Shown: positions 8,062 to 17,721 of the stretch, piece after piece
How positions within the stretch are numbered: the first letter of the stretch is position 1
Layout: every line of letters begins with the position of its first letter
Assembly (NCBI GenBank): GCA_023382875.1
Contig: JAHDXH010000001.1
Location: 18,571-82,570 of the forward strand
Length of the DNA stretch: 64,000 bases
DNA from: Patescibacteria group bacterium
GTDB taxonomy: Bacteria > Patescibacteriota > Microgenomatia > UBA1400 > PJMF01
Direction of reading: 5' to 3'
Made by a program: the position numbers and the translations under genes
The notes under the pieces: generated by a model
Database searches by the model: none
The model's input: only the letters and a program-made list of their open reading frames with translations
Told to the model about the DNA's origin: nothing

Positions 8062-9775
8062 GATAATTTAAATTTATTGTATCTCGTCGAGGCCAGAAAA
8101 AGCCGTCTGCATAAGCATTTATTTTAACTTCTTTTTTCTCAAATGGCATGATGGAATTGATCTCATAATCGTTTGGTACGCTCAACTTAGTTCGGCCATC
8201 TTGTGGCAATAGTGACAAGGTTTGATGATAAAAAGCTTGTCCCGTGCGATTAAAAATAAACAATTTAGTTGTTCCTGGAATAGGGAAACCTAATAAAGTT
8301 TGATTTTCAATTTTGAATTCAAAATCAGGTTTGGCACTGATAAACTGGTTGGCAAATTTAACCTCAATGTCTTTGGATTTGTCTTGGTTAGTAAGTTTAT
8401 ACGAACCTGCCGGATAAGGTTGCTCGCTGGAAAGACCATTGATAGCAAATACCACGTGATTTAAGTCAAATTGATTGAAATAGTCAACGCCACCAGAAGT
8501 TTTTTCCCAAGTTGGATCAACGCTTACCCAGGTATTTTTTTCTGCATCATAATACTCTGGCCAAGCATGAAGAACATCTTCTACAAAGCTTAGTGGTCTT
8601 AAAAGATCGTTCTGGGTATTGGCATAGCCAGTTAGTCGACGAGCCGGGACGTTTTTGGCCCGAGCAAAAGTGATGAAGAGATCAGTAAACTCTTGGCATA
8701 AGGCTCGATCGGGGGTTTTAAGTGCTTGTTCTGCTCCTAATCGTTCCACTTCCCCATTAATATTGTCAAAATCATAATTAAGATGTTTGACCACGTAATC
8801 ATAAGCTTCTTTGAGAGTGTCGAATTCTGGAATCAGTTTATTAATATTGCTGCTGCCGACTTGCCAATAGCTTTGTGAGCTTAGCCAATCTTGGTTGGGA
8901 CGGGTAAAGGGAGTGTTTGAATCTGGCGTTAAAGATACTTTGACTAGTATATGAGCATTCACAATCGTGGCACTGTTGGGTTCAAGTCTGTAGGTGGCAA
9001 TCCAATTGCCGTCAGCATCGGTTTTCATCACGCTTGGCGTAGGTTCTAAAAGTTTGTAGTCAACTTTCTGCCATGGTGTGTCTGGTGGCAAGGCAATTTG
9101 GCTAATCTTGGCGGTGTTGGTGGGATTGTCTAAGGAGTACTTAATATTAAATTCATAAATTTGAGTGTCACCAAAAATAAGTGAGGCGCTATTGCCGTTG
9201 AGGTTGTCGAATCTGGTCAGAATTGATTTGCCATCACTATTTAGTTGAGTCTGGTAGTTGTTGGGGTTGGCTCGAGTGGGTAAGCCAAAAGCTAAAGGCG
9301 AAATAATCTGGACGCTTTGACTATCAAATTCATCGTCACTGGCCTGCTGAGGAATAATAACCTCTAGAACCTGTCCACTGATATTAGCTACATCTGGGTT
9401 TTGGTAGGTAATGGTGAAGTCTCTGGATTTATTTTGACCAACTATTTGATCTGGGAAAGTGATGCCAATGTTGGTTTGATTATTATTTTTAACAACTTCT
9501 TTGGAAATTTCTTCGCCGGTGTTATCACGAATAACGACGTTGTCGATTTTTGATGAACTGAGCTTCAAGCCATATTGCTTGATAAATAAGGTGGGATTGA
9601 GGTTGGTAATTTGAAAGTGGTGAGAAACTTTGACATCGCCATTATTAGCAATGGTGTAGGTAGTATCGAGATCAACGGAAAAGTTTTTTTCTTGTGCCTG
9701 AATTGTGGTAGGAAAAATTATAGCAACTAAGCTTAAAAGTATTAGCCAACTTAATTTTCCAAACAAACGAAGCAT
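7895..9775 (-). CDS. secreted or surface transglutaminase-like cysteine-protease-domain protein with a C-terminal TM anchor
   Basis: Signal peptide MLRLFGKLSWLILLSLVAIIFPTTIQA. Transglutaminase-core signature CQEFTDLFITFARAKNVPARRLTGY...HAWPEYYD (Cys/His/Asp). C-terminus is a hydrophobic helix followed by QRRRRPVRR. Confidence 0.6.
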   Translation of the reverse strand: MLRLFGKLSWLILLSLVAIIFPTTIQAQEKNFSVDLDTTYTIANNGDVKVSHHFQITNLNPTLFIKQYGLKLSSSKIDNVVIRDNTGEEISKEVVKNNNQTNIGITFPDQIVGQNKSRDFTITYQNPDVANISGQVLEVIIPQQASDDEFDSQSVQIISPLAFGLPTRANPNNYQTQLNSDGKSILTRFDNLNGNSASLIFGDTQIYEFNIKYSLDNPTNTAKISQIALPPDTPWQKVDYKLLEPTPSVMKTDADGNWIATYRLEPNSATIVNAHILVKVSLTPDSNTPFTRPNQDWLSSQSYWQVGSSNINKLIPEFDTLKEAYDYVVKHLNYDFDNINGEVERLGAEQALKTPDRALCQEFTDLFITFARAKNVPARRLTGYANTQNDLLRPLSFVEDVLHAWPEYYDAEKNTWVSVDPTWEKTSGGVDYFNQFDLNHVVFAINGLSSEQPYPAGSYKLTNQDKSKDIEVKFANQFISAKPDFEFKIENQTLLGFPIPGTTKLFIFNRTGQAFYHQTLSLLPQDGRTKLSVPNDYEINSIMPFEKKEVKINAYADGFFWPRRDTINLNYHDQTTTVAITVVPNELSRLENPVVALGLGAGLVTVALLAGSLLVFVQRRRRPVRR

Positions 9776-9839
9776 ATCTTCATTTTAACGAAAAACTGCC
9801 CGTGTGTCTTGGAGAGTTCGATCTGGTAGAATGTGACTT

Positions 9840-10775
9840 ATGCAAGAATCCATCAAAAGAATTATTGTGACGGGCGGATCTGGTTTCCTAGGTCGCCATT
9901 TGCTTCGAGCTTTAACTAAAGCTGGATACCAAGTCAAAAACATTGATTTAAGACCTAATCCAGAATTTGAAACTGTAATTGCTGATGTTCGAGATAAAGA
10001 AAAAATGCTCGAAGAAATTAAAGATGCTGATTTAGTTTTTCATCTGGCTAGTTTGATTGAGGCTGGTGAATCTGTCAAAGAGCCGCAAAAATATATTGAC
10101 TACAACCTTGATGGCACTCTTAATATTTTGGAAGCTATGAGAATTAATGGCATTAAGACCATGGCCTTTTCTTCAAGCGCCGCAGTTTATGGCGAGCCAG
10201 TGCGTGTACCTATTCATGAAGATGATCGAACTATGCCCATCAATCCTTATGGCATGACTAAATTAGCTATGGAAGCTTTGCTATCTTCCTACGTCAACTC
10301 ACATGGTATGACAGGCATTGCCCTTCGCTACTTCAATCTCTATGGACCAGAGGAGCATCATGAACCAGAATCTCATGCTTTGCCAAGGTTCATTAAGCAG
10401 ATTTACAACAATGAAGAAGTGACTGTTTGGGGTAGTGGTGAACATCAACGTGACTATATTCATGTTGGTGACATTGTCGACGCCCACCTTAAAGCAATTT
10501 CCCTAGCTGAGTCACAACCAGGCAAATATCACTACTTCAATATTTCCACCGAAAAACCAGCTTCAGTAGCAGAAATTGTTGGTTTTATCGAAGAAGCGAT
10601 GGGTAAAAAAGCTAATATTAAAAATTTCCCACCAAGACCAGGAGATCCTTTGCTTTTATATGCTGATGCTTCCAAGGCAAGAGAGCAATTGGGATGGACT
10701 TCCCAAGTAGAATTGCGAGCTGGTATTAAGGAGATGGTTGAATATTTTGTTAAATATTGGCAGAAAGCAGCTTAG
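9840..10775 (+). CDS. NAD-dependent epimerase/dehydratase (UDP-sugar 4-epimerase-like SDR)
   Basis: Rossmann motif VTGGSGFLG and the extended-SDR catalytic region. 311 aa. Confidence 0.8.
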   Translation: MQESIKRIIVTGGSGFLGRHLLRALTKAGYQVKNIDLRPNPEFETVIADVRDKEKMLEEIKDADLVFHLASLIEAGESVKEPQKYIDYNLDGTLNILEAMRINGIKTMAFSSSAAVYGEPVRVPIHEDDRTMPINPYGMTKLAMEALLSSYVNSHGMTGIALRYFNLYGPEEHHEPESHALPRFIKQIYNNEEVTVWGSGEHQRDYIHVGDIVDAHLKAISLAESQPGKYHYFNISTEKPASVAEIVGFIEEAMGKKANIKNFPPRPGDPLLLYADASKAREQLGWTSQVELRAGIKEMVEYFVKYWQKAA

Positions 10776-10778
10776 TTT

Positions 10779-11360
10779 ATGGCGAGAAGAATAATCTTAG
10801 CTTCTGGTTCTAAGCAACGTAAACTACTTTTTCAAACTCTAGGATTGGAGTTTGAAATTATTCCCGCTGACATTGATGAAAAAGCAGTTCCCTACTCAGA
10901 TTTAAAATCTCGAGCTGCCAATATTGCCAGAGCTAAAGCTGAGTTAGTGGCAAAAAATAATCCTGACGCGATTGTGATCGCCGCAGATACTTATTGTGTG
11001 CAAGATGATAAGGCTTTGGAAAAGCCTCAAGATTTAGAAGAGGCTAAAAAAATGGTTCGTCTTTTGTCAGATAGTACTGCCATTGCCTACTCAGGTTATT
11101 GTTACCTTGATGCTAGTAATGGCATTGACCTCTCAGGTGTTAGTGAGACCACCGCCAAATTCCGACCGCTGTCTGAGGCGTTTATTAACCGTTATGTAGC
11201 CAACAATCCTGTTTTGAGTTGGTCGGCGGCTTTTTCTCCTGCATACCATGAAGGCATGTCTTTGGTTGATCAAATCAGTGGTTCTTTTACTAGTTTTACG
11301 CACGGTTTACCGCTCGAAGTATTGGTGCCACTTTTACAAAGGTCAGGCGTCGAAGTTTAA
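10779..11360 (+). CDS. maf: Maf-like nucleoside triphosphate pyrophosphatase
   Basis: N-terminus RIILASGSKQRKLLFQTLGLEFEIIPADIDE is typical of Maf/YhdE. 193 aa. Confidence 0.85.
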   Translation: MARRIILASGSKQRKLLFQTLGLEFEIIPADIDEKAVPYSDLKSRAANIARAKAELVAKNNPDAIVIAADTYCVQDDKALEKPQDLEEAKKMVRLLSDSTAIAYSGYCYLDASNGIDLSGVSETTAKFRPLSEAFINRYVANNPVLSWSAAFSPAYHEGMSLVDQISGSFTSFTHGLPLEVLVPLLQRSGVEV

Positions 11361-11401
11361 TATTTTCCTCGAGTACTTATCCCCTAGTTATTTATTATAG
11401 G

Positions 11402-11430
11402 TTGACTTTTTGATCTACTAATGCTATAAT
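11402..11430 (+). promoter_or_regulatory. near-consensus sigma70 promoter TTGACT-17-TATAAT, followed by operator-like inverted repeats
   Basis: TTGACT at 11402-11407 and TATAAT at 11425-11430. Downstream palindromes TCTTTTA-tatg-TAAAAGA (about 11438-11456), GTTAAAT-c-ATTTAAC and TGGCCTGGCCA in the 5' UTR of the GC-rich gene. Confidence 0.45.
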
Positions 11431-11638
11431 ATGTGTGTCTTTTATATGTAAAAGATACATTGAAAAAGGCAGTTCCTTAAAATATCCGAAGAATTTATTT
11501 TTTTGTTTTTGTGGTCACACTGAGTGTTTTTCTGTTAAATCATTTAACAGTCGAATATTGAGTGTGGCCTCAAAACCACCGTGGCCTGGCCACGTCTCGC
11601 TAAACCTCAATTTTCAATGAAAGGTCAAGGGTAAGACA

Positions 11639-12535
11639 ATGGCAGCAGCACAGAATGTTTCTTCGGAAAAACGTGAAAGTTTCGATTTCGGCAAGTTCGT
11701 GTCGGATGTGGTCAGCAAGCTCCCCGCCCGTGATAAGGTGGCGGCTCGTCTCAACAAGATTGACCTCGTTCTGACCCCCTTCTACGCAGTGCTGATGGCA
11801 TGGGCAACCTACGCCATTGGTATCAATTTTCTTCGCTTCGGTCCTACCGACGTGGAGAGCCTGAACTATTTCGTCAGCCTGTACGCTGGACTGAGCCTCG
11901 TTGCCTTCGCTATCGTTCTGGTCGCCCTCTTCGAGAGTGTGCGCCGCAATGAAATCGGAGACATGGCGAAAGTCATCGCAGCCATCGCTATCAATTATGT
12001 GGCGATGCGTTACAACGGTACATGGCTTATGATGGTGCTGGCGTATGGCTTCGGCTTCTCGCTGGCGCACTCTGCATCCCGGAACGGTAAGTTAGACTGG
12101 ACACCGTTGGTCGCGTTCAACGCTTCCTTCATCGGTCTGGCGACCCAGATTTTTGGTTTCGCCGCCGCGTCCGTAGTCTGGCCCGTGCTGGTGGGTGTCG
12201 TGTTTCAGGCAGTAGAAGTTTTCCGCAATCAGGATTACCGCGCCGTAAGGCTGGCGGTGCCGGGGATGGTTATTGCTGTTCTCGGTCTGGTCTTGACCAT
12301 GAATCCCGTGCTGTGGATTTTGCTGGGGGCTTTGGTCAGCTTCGTTGTCGCTCCAACCGCGTTCAAGCTCTATGAGAGCAAGCACGCGAAACTGGAAGAT
12401 ACGGTCAAAAGCTGTGCCACTCCCTGCGCCGATTTCGACAATGGCATGAAGAACCTGCGGACAAACGCTGAAGCAGCAATGCTGACGCTCGTTTCGTCCT
12501 GCCTGTTTATCATCGTCATGGTCATGTTCTCGTAA
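11639..12535 (+). CDS. hypothetical 7-TM membrane protein encoded in a GC-rich island (codon usage unlike its neighbours)
   Basis: 298 aa and strongly hydrophobic. GC-rich third codon positions (ctg, gcc, ttc, cgc). No recognisable family. Confidence 0.5.
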   Translation: MAAAQNVSSEKRESFDFGKFVSDVVSKLPARDKVAARLNKIDLVLTPFYAVLMAWATYAIGINFLRFGPTDVESLNYFVSLYAGLSLVAFAIVLVALFESVRRNEIGDMAKVIAAIAINYVAMRYNGTWLMMVLAYGFGFSLAHSASRNGKLDWTPLVAFNASFIGLATQIFGFAAASVVWPVLVGVVFQAVEVFRNQDYRAVRLAVPGMVIAVLGLVLTMNPVLWILLGALVSFVVAPTAFKLYESKHAKLEDTVKSCATPCADFDNGMKNLRTNAEAAMLTLVSSCLFIIVMVMFS

Positions 12536-12559
12536 TGACTTTCACGGTCAACACAACGT

Positions 12560-12590
12560 AGGGCGCCTTCAAAGCGCCCTCGTTCTGTAT
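12560..12590 (+). terminator. intrinsic terminator-like hairpin AGGGCGC-cttcaaa-GCGCCCT followed by a T-rich tract
   Basis: Perfect 7-bp GC-rich stem at 12560-12580, then cgttctgtattt. Confidence 0.5.
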
Positions 12591-12602
12591 TTAGAGACAA
12601 AT

Positions 12603-15600
12603 TTATTGAATTTTTACCTGACTATTGATGAAGTGGAAGTGGTCCAAAACAGTTTTTGTTTCTGGCAACACTCCTTTGACAATGAAATCGTTGCCAAATA
12701 ACTTTGGTAACAAATCATTTTCTTTGGAGAATAAACTCTCTTTGAACATCATTTTTGCTTCAACTGAGCCAATCCACAATGCCTTATAGGGATTATTTTC
12801 TACCACTACATTACTAAGGTTTTCCTTAGTCAAAATGTTTTTGAATTGCTCTGGAACCTGTTGTGGTTTTTGATCCAAAGTTTCAGCATTGATTTGGTAG
12901 AAAAGTTTACCCTTTTTATCAGGTCCAACGGTGGCTGATAAATCAGCTTCTTGGTTGATTAAAGCTAAAGTTGAACTATTCACAAAATGGAAATTATCAA
13001 CCATTGAGTTGGTGGGTTTGAGAATTCCTACGACTTTGACTTTTGGCAAGCCAAAAAAATTATTCAACTCGTCCCCCACTTTGTTAATTAATTTTTCTTC
13101 AATCATCATTTGCGCTTCATTGGCACCGATGATAATTTCGTTGTCATTTAAGTTTCCTTGACCTTGGTTGAATGGCAAGCTGATTAACTCTTCTTTTTCG
13201 ACCGCCAAAAATAGTTTTGGTGCTTTATCTAAGTAAGTTATTTTGCCTTGTGAATAAGCAAAAATTTGATTAGCCGCTTTGGTAATTTTAGGATTAACAA
13301 CAGCACTACTCATTTCACTACTATTCATTTGACTACTAAATTTGGCAAATTCCACAAACATTAAACTGAAAACAACAATCATGATGATTGGTGCGACCAT
13401 AGATATATAGTTTTTGCGGTTTGGCTTGTATAAGCGCAAGAGTAATGAGTTGGCCACTACTGAGACAGAACTTAATGCCATGGCTAATCCAGCTAATTCT
13501 GGTTTAAGCACTAATCCAAAGGCAACAAAGAGTCTGGCGGCAATTGGAATACCCATGACGTTATACAAAAGGGCAAAGAATAAGTTTTGTTTAATTTTGC
13601 CAATCGTTTCTTTTGACAAGTTGATGGCGTGAACAACATCATTAAGATCATTTTTAATAATGACAATGCCACCTGTCTCCATGGCTACGTCGGTGCCTGA
13701 GCCCATAGCGATACCTAGCTCGGCTTGAGCTAATGCTGGCGCGTCGTTAACGCCATCACCTACCATGGCTACTATATGTCCTTGCGATTGAAGTTTTTTT
13801 ACTTCATTGACTTTATCTTTTGGTAAGACTTCTGCTAATACATTGGTGATGCCGACTTGTTTGGCGATCGCTTCTGCTGTTCTTTTGTTATCACCGGTAA
13901 TCATATAAATGGCTAAGCCCATTTTTTGAAGTTTTTCGATGGCTGCTTTTGAGTTTGGTTTGACGGTATCGGCAACAGCGATTAAACCTTCAATTTGTTT
14001 TTTGTTGGCCAAAATCATGACGGTTTTGCCTTGATTTTCCAGTTCATGAATTTGAGCATCAATTTCTTTGGTTGAATGTTTGAGGTATTCAGCAATCAAT
14101 TTTTTATTACCAAAATAATAAGTTTGATTATCGATTTTGGCAGTGACACCATGGCCAACAATTGCTTCAAAATCAGAAACTTTTTTGAGATCTAATTTTA
14201 AGCTTTGAGTTTTTTGATAAATGGCTTCAGCCAATGGATGCTCAGATTGTTTTTCTAAACTCCCAACAATAGTTAAGAGTTGTTTTTCATCTATTTTTTC
14301 TAAACTGATGACATCGGTAACACTGGGTTTACCAACAGTAATGGTGCCAGTTTTATCAAAAATGACAGCCGTAATTTTGCAAGCTTGTTCAAGTGGTTCA
14401 CCACCTTTGACTAGAATGCCATGTTCAGCACCTTTGCCCGTGCCAACCATAATGGCCGTAGGCGTAGCTAATCCCAATGCACATGGACAGGCAATAACGA
14501 TGACAGCTGTAAAAGCCATCAATGCTGTTGATAAGGTTGCACCTAAAACAAAGAACCAAACCACAAAAGTAAGAATGGCGATGATAATAACAGCCGGAAC
14601 AAACCAAGCAGAAATTCGATCGGCCAAATCTTGAATTGGTGCTTTGGAGCCTTGGGCTTCTTCAACTAATTTAATGATTTGTGCCAAGGTAGTTTCACTA
14701 CCAACTCTCGTGGCGGTGAATTCAAAACTACCAGTTTTGTTGATGGTGCCACCAGCAACTTTGTCGCCGGCCTGTTTGGCTACCGGTAAACTTTCGCCGG
14801 TCAACATTGATTCATCGACTGACGATGAGCCTTTGGTAATTTTGCCATCGACAGGAATTTTTTCTCCCGGTCTAACCAAAATTACATCGCCAACTTTAAC
14901 TTCATCGATCGGAATATCTGTAGTTTTATTGCCTCTCACAACTCTAGCTGTTTTTGCTTGAAGTCCCATTAGTTTTTTAATGGCAGTTGAAGTTTTACCT
15001 TTGGCTTTAGCTTCCAAAAGTTTTCCCAAAATCACGAACGTGATTAGGAAAGCAGCGGTTTCAAAATATAGTTCGGGAATTTTTGCGCCTTCAATACCAA
15101 TAACCGATTCAGTGATAAAAGCATAACGAAGGAAATTGAATAAGCTATAAAAATAGGCCACCGAAGTGCCAATAGCAATCAAACTATCCATGTTAAAAGT
15201 TTTCATCCGTAAGGCAGACCACATGCCTTGGTAGAAACTTTTACCAACAATGAATTGAATTGGGGTAGTAAGGATTAAAGAAATAATGCCTACATAGGGC
15301 AAAAGCAGTTTAGCGCCAAAAAAGTTGGGCACAAAATCAAAAATCATGAAGTAAGCCATGGGCAAACTCAAAATCAAACTAAAGATAAATTTTTGCAGTT
15401 GGTTTTTTTCTTCGTGATGGTGATGGTGAGCTGAGTCAGCTTCAATTTGTTGAACGTTGTCACCTAGTTCCTGTGCATGGTAACCAGCTTTTTTGACAGC
15501 CTCAATAATCGTTTCTGAGTTGGTGTCATTTTCTGCCACAACCTGCGCTTTTTCATTAGCATAATTAACATGCGCTTCTTTAACTCCAGGAACTTTTTTA

Positions 15601-15674
15601 ATTGAAAGTTCAACTAGACTGGCACATGAAGCACAGTGCATACCGTGAATTGCATAGCGTTTGGTTGCTGGCAT
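12603..15674 (-). CDS. copA: copper-translocating P1B-type ATPase (CopA-like) with an extra C-terminal TM helix and a roughly 270-aa MacB/FtsX-like extracytoplasmic domain
   Basis: N-terminal [15 protein letters not shown]. His-rich AHHHHHEE. Ion-binding CPC in ACPCALG. Phosphorylation [13 protein letters not shown]. After the last canonical TM (..LLLRLYKP) the ORF continues for about 275 aa with one more TM and a soluble domain carrying two repeats ([20 protein letters not shown] and [20 protein letters not shown]). Confidence 0.85.
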   Translation of the reverse strand: MPATKRYAIHGMHCASCASLVELSIKKVPGVKEAHVNYANEKAQVVAENDTNSETIIEAVKKAGYHAQELGDNVQQIEADSAHHHHHEEKNQLQKFIFSLILSLPMAYFMIFDFVPNFFGAKLLLPYVGIISLILTTPIQFIVGKSFYQGMWSALRMKTFNMDSLIAIGTSVAYFYSLFNFLRYAFITESVIGIEGAKIPELYFETAAFLITFVILGKLLEAKAKGKTSTAIKKLMGLQAKTARVVRGNKTTDIPIDEVKVGDVILVRPGEKIPVDGKITKGSSSVDESMLTGESLPVAKQAGDKVAGGTINKTGSFEFTATRVGSETTLAQIIKLVEEAQGSKAPIQDLADRISAWFVPAVIIIAILTFVVWFFVLGATLSTALMAFTAVIVIACPCALGLATPTAIMVGTGKGAEHGILVKGGEPLEQACKITAVIFDKTGTITVGKPSVTDVISLEKIDEKQLLTIVGSLEKQSEHPLAEAIYQKTQSLKLDLKKVSDFEAIVGHGVTAKIDNQTYYFGNKKLIAEYLKHSTKEIDAQIHELENQGKTVMILANKKQIEGLIAVADTVKPNSKAAIEKLQKMGLAIYMITGDNKRTAEAIAKQVGITNVLAEVLPKDKVNEVKKLQSQGHIVAMVGDGVNDAPALAQAELGIAMGSGTDVAMETGGIVIIKNDLNDVVHAINLSKETIGKIKQNLFFALLYNVMGIPIAARLFVAFGLVLKPELAGLAMALSSVSVVANSLLLRLYKPNRKNYISMVAPIIMIVVFSLMFVEFAKFSSQMNSSEMSSAVVNPKITKAANQIFAYSQGKITYLDKAPKLFLAVEKEELISLPFNQGQGNLNDNEIIIGANEAQMMIEEKLINKVGDELNNFFGLPKVKVVGILKPTNSMVDNFHFVNSSTLALINQEADLSATVGPDKKGKLFYQINAETLDQKPQQVPEQFKNILTKENLSNVVVENNPYKALWIGSVEAKMMFKESLFSKENDLLPKLFGNDFIVKGVLPETKTVLDHFHFINSQVKIQ

Positions 15675-15699
15675 AGTTTCCTTTTATATTTTTTGTTTT

Positions 15700-17121
15700 T
15701 TAATTTGTGACTTCGATAATGCCGGTGGCCATACCCATCCAGCAGCTAAAACGAAACTTGCCGGTTTTGGTTGGGGTAAAAGTTTTAACAGAAGTTTGAC
15801 CAGGACTCAGTCTAATTTCCCCGTCAAAGAAGTCTTTGGCAATCACGGCATTAGTACAGCCGGAAGCACCATTGTCGGTAATTCTCCACTCCACCGGTTG
15901 GTTAACTTTGACTTTAATGTAGTCTGGTTCGTAACCACCGGCGGTAGCGGACATTTCGACGATTTGTTTTTCACCTGCCTGTGTTGGACTGGTGAAAGTT
16001 GAATCTTGTTTGCTATTAATGAAATAGGCTGAGAAGTTTGGCCAACCTAAAACATTAAAAGCAGAATTGATATTAAAAAGTGAGAACAAAATGATAAGTA
16101 AACCAGCGACTTGTGAGAAAAATCTAGTGACGTGGGGTCGTTTATTAAACATTAAGCTAGACAAGCCGATGAATAACAAAATTGGTGCAGTACCTAAGGC
16201 AAAAGCTAACATGATCAGGGCGCCGCGGATGGGGTCGCCAGACAGTAGTGCGATTCCTTGAGTGGTGATGGTAAAACCACATGGTAGTAGAACGGTGCCG
16301 GCGCCCATCAAAGCAGGCATTAACCGACCAGAAAAGTTTCTTTGATCAGCAAGGTTGCGAGTCAAAACTTTTGGTAGTTTTGGTTGGAATTTATTGGCCC
16401 ACTCTACTCCCAACATTTGCAAAGATAAGACCACCATCAAAATAGAAACAAAAATTGTGATTAGAGCAGAAAAGGAAATAGAAATTTGGAAAACATTTCC
16501 TAATGATCCCAAAAGAAATCCTACTAAAGTGTAAGAAACTAGTCTGCCTAAATTAAATAAAATTTGTGGTTGAAGTTTTTCTGTCAGACTATTGGAAGTT
16601 TGATAGAGTTCAGCCCATTGTTTTGACATTGATAAAACAATTCCGCCAACTAAAGCTGAGCAGGTGGAAAAACCAGCAATTACACCAAAGGCGATAAATG
16701 CAAACAGTGAAGATTCGGCATTTACACTAAGTGCAATTGCTCCTGAGCTAGAAAATTTCAAAAAAGCACCAAAAATAATTGCCACAATAGTGAGGGCTGG
16801 CAACAACTGCAGCATTCGACTAAAGTTCCAAATGATTTCTCCATCACTTGTGACTTGGAAAAATGGTTCAGCTTTTTGTGTTCTTTCATCTTTAGAATCA
16901 TAAAAAGTGTAACCATCTTTTTTGAATAATTTGTTTAGCTTATTTGGGTTTGGAGCATCTCCGGTAAATTCAATTAAGACTGATTTATCTTTTTGTGAAA
17001 CTTCAACTGATTTAATATTTTCTTTTTCTAGAAGTTTATTTTCAATCAAAAGTTCGCATGATGCGCAGTGCATGCCTTCAACAAAGTACTGTTTTTCTGA
17101 GCAGAGGTTTTTTTCTGACAT
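15700..17121 (-). CDS. HMA-domain membrane permease (DsbD_2/TauE-like multi-TM core) with a C-terminal cupredoxin-like domain. Probable copper binding or transport.
   Basis: N-terminal GMHCASCE metal-binding motif. About 8 TM segments. C-terminal domain KVNQPVEWRITDNGASGCTNAVIAKD...FRFSCWMGM resembles cupredoxin_1-type domains found with heavy-metal transporters. Confidence 0.6.
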   Translation of the reverse strand: MSEKNLCSEKQYFVEGMHCASCELLIENKLLEKENIKSVEVSQKDKSVLIEFTGDAPNPNKLNKLFKKDGYTFYDSKDERTQKAEPFFQVTSDGEIIWNFSRMLQLLPALTIVAIIFGAFLKFSSSGAIALSVNAESSLFAFIAFGVIAGFSTCSALVGGIVLSMSKQWAELYQTSNSLTEKLQPQILFNLGRLVSYTLVGFLLGSLGNVFQISISFSALITIFVSILMVVLSLQMLGVEWANKFQPKLPKVLTRNLADQRNFSGRLMPALMGAGTVLLPCGFTITTQGIALLSGDPIRGALIMLAFALGTAPILLFIGLSSLMFNKRPHVTRFFSQVAGLLIILFSLFNINSAFNVLGWPNFSAYFINSKQDSTFTSPTQAGEKQIVEMSATAGGYEPDYIKVKVNQPVEWRITDNGASGCTNAVIAKDFFDGEIRLSPGQTSVKTFTPTKTGKFRFSCWMGMATGIIEVTN

Positions 17122-17126
17122 GGGAA

Positions 17127-17609
17127 TTAATTGCTGTATTTCTCAGGATTGTCTTTGAATCTGTGCAGGCATCCTTCAGCGCAAAAGTAATAATTAATAT
17201 TTTTATAATTAGTTGAATAACTGGCAATTTTGGGTGAAAGTCTCATGCGGCAAACTGGATCTTGAACGATGGGTAAAAGTTTTTCAAAGTCATCACACAT
17301 GGCTTTGGCGGTTTTTTTGTCAGAAATATCTTTAATCAAAACTTCTCTGATTAAATCAGAGGCTAATAAATAATTGGGATGAGTGATGTGATAGAAAACT
17401 TCTTTGCCTTCTTTTTTGGTACAGACAATTTTGGCTGCACGAAGTATAGAAAGGTGCTGACTCAAATTGGCTTGGGGCAAATTTAACATCTCAATCATTT
17501 GATTGACGTTAACTGTTTGGTCGCGAAGTAAATTAAGAATTTCCAGCCTTTTGGGATTGGCTAGGGCTTTAAGAACGTTGGCGTGAATTTCAAAAATCTG
17601 AGAATACAT
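17127..17609 (-). CDS. ArsR/SmtB-family metal-responsive repressor with a C-terminal TRASH/YHS-type Cys-rich metal-binding domain
   Basis: wHTH LKALANPKRLEILNLLRDQTVNVNQMIEMLNLPQANLSQHLSILRAAKIV. C-terminal PVCRMRL...YFCAEGCLHRFKDNPEKY. Confidence 0.75.
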   Translation of the reverse strand: MYSQIFEIHANVLKALANPKRLEILNLLRDQTVNVNQMIEMLNLPQANLSQHLSILRAAKIVCTKKEGKEVFYHITHPNYLLASDLIREVLIKDISDKKTAKAMCDDFEKLLPIVQDPVCRMRLSPKIASYSTNYKNINYYFCAEGCLHRFKDNPEKYSN

Positions 17610-17635
17610 ATTCGATATATTGAATATATTCTCTT
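17610..17635. promoter_or_regulatory. AT-rich palindromes at the ArsR-like gene start (candidate autoregulatory operator)
   Basis: TATATTgAATATA (13-bp palindrome) overlapping the perfect 10-bp palindrome GAATATATTC, immediately at or upstream of the ATG at 17609. Confidence 0.3.
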
Positions 17636-17721
17636 GTTAATAAAAAAGCAAGGGTGATTTTTTGATCTAGTAATTTGCTGATTCTCCGGTTAAAATAGCG
17701 TTCTTGTTAAGCTAAAGCAAA

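Noticed and set aside
11600-12600. Minus-strand ORFs 11600-12070, 12092-12385 and 12370-12600 (156, 97 and 76 aa)
   Set aside because: They lie antisense to the GC-rich membrane-protein gene. High-GC DNA generates long spurious antisense ORFs. Their Arg/His/Gln-rich, low-complexity translations look non-biological.
12931-14961. Plus-strand ORFs inside the copA locus (12931-13161, 13414-13632, 14221-14634, 14644-14961)
   Set aside because: These are shadow ORFs antisense to a strongly supported 1023-aa P-type ATPase. They have no independent signals.
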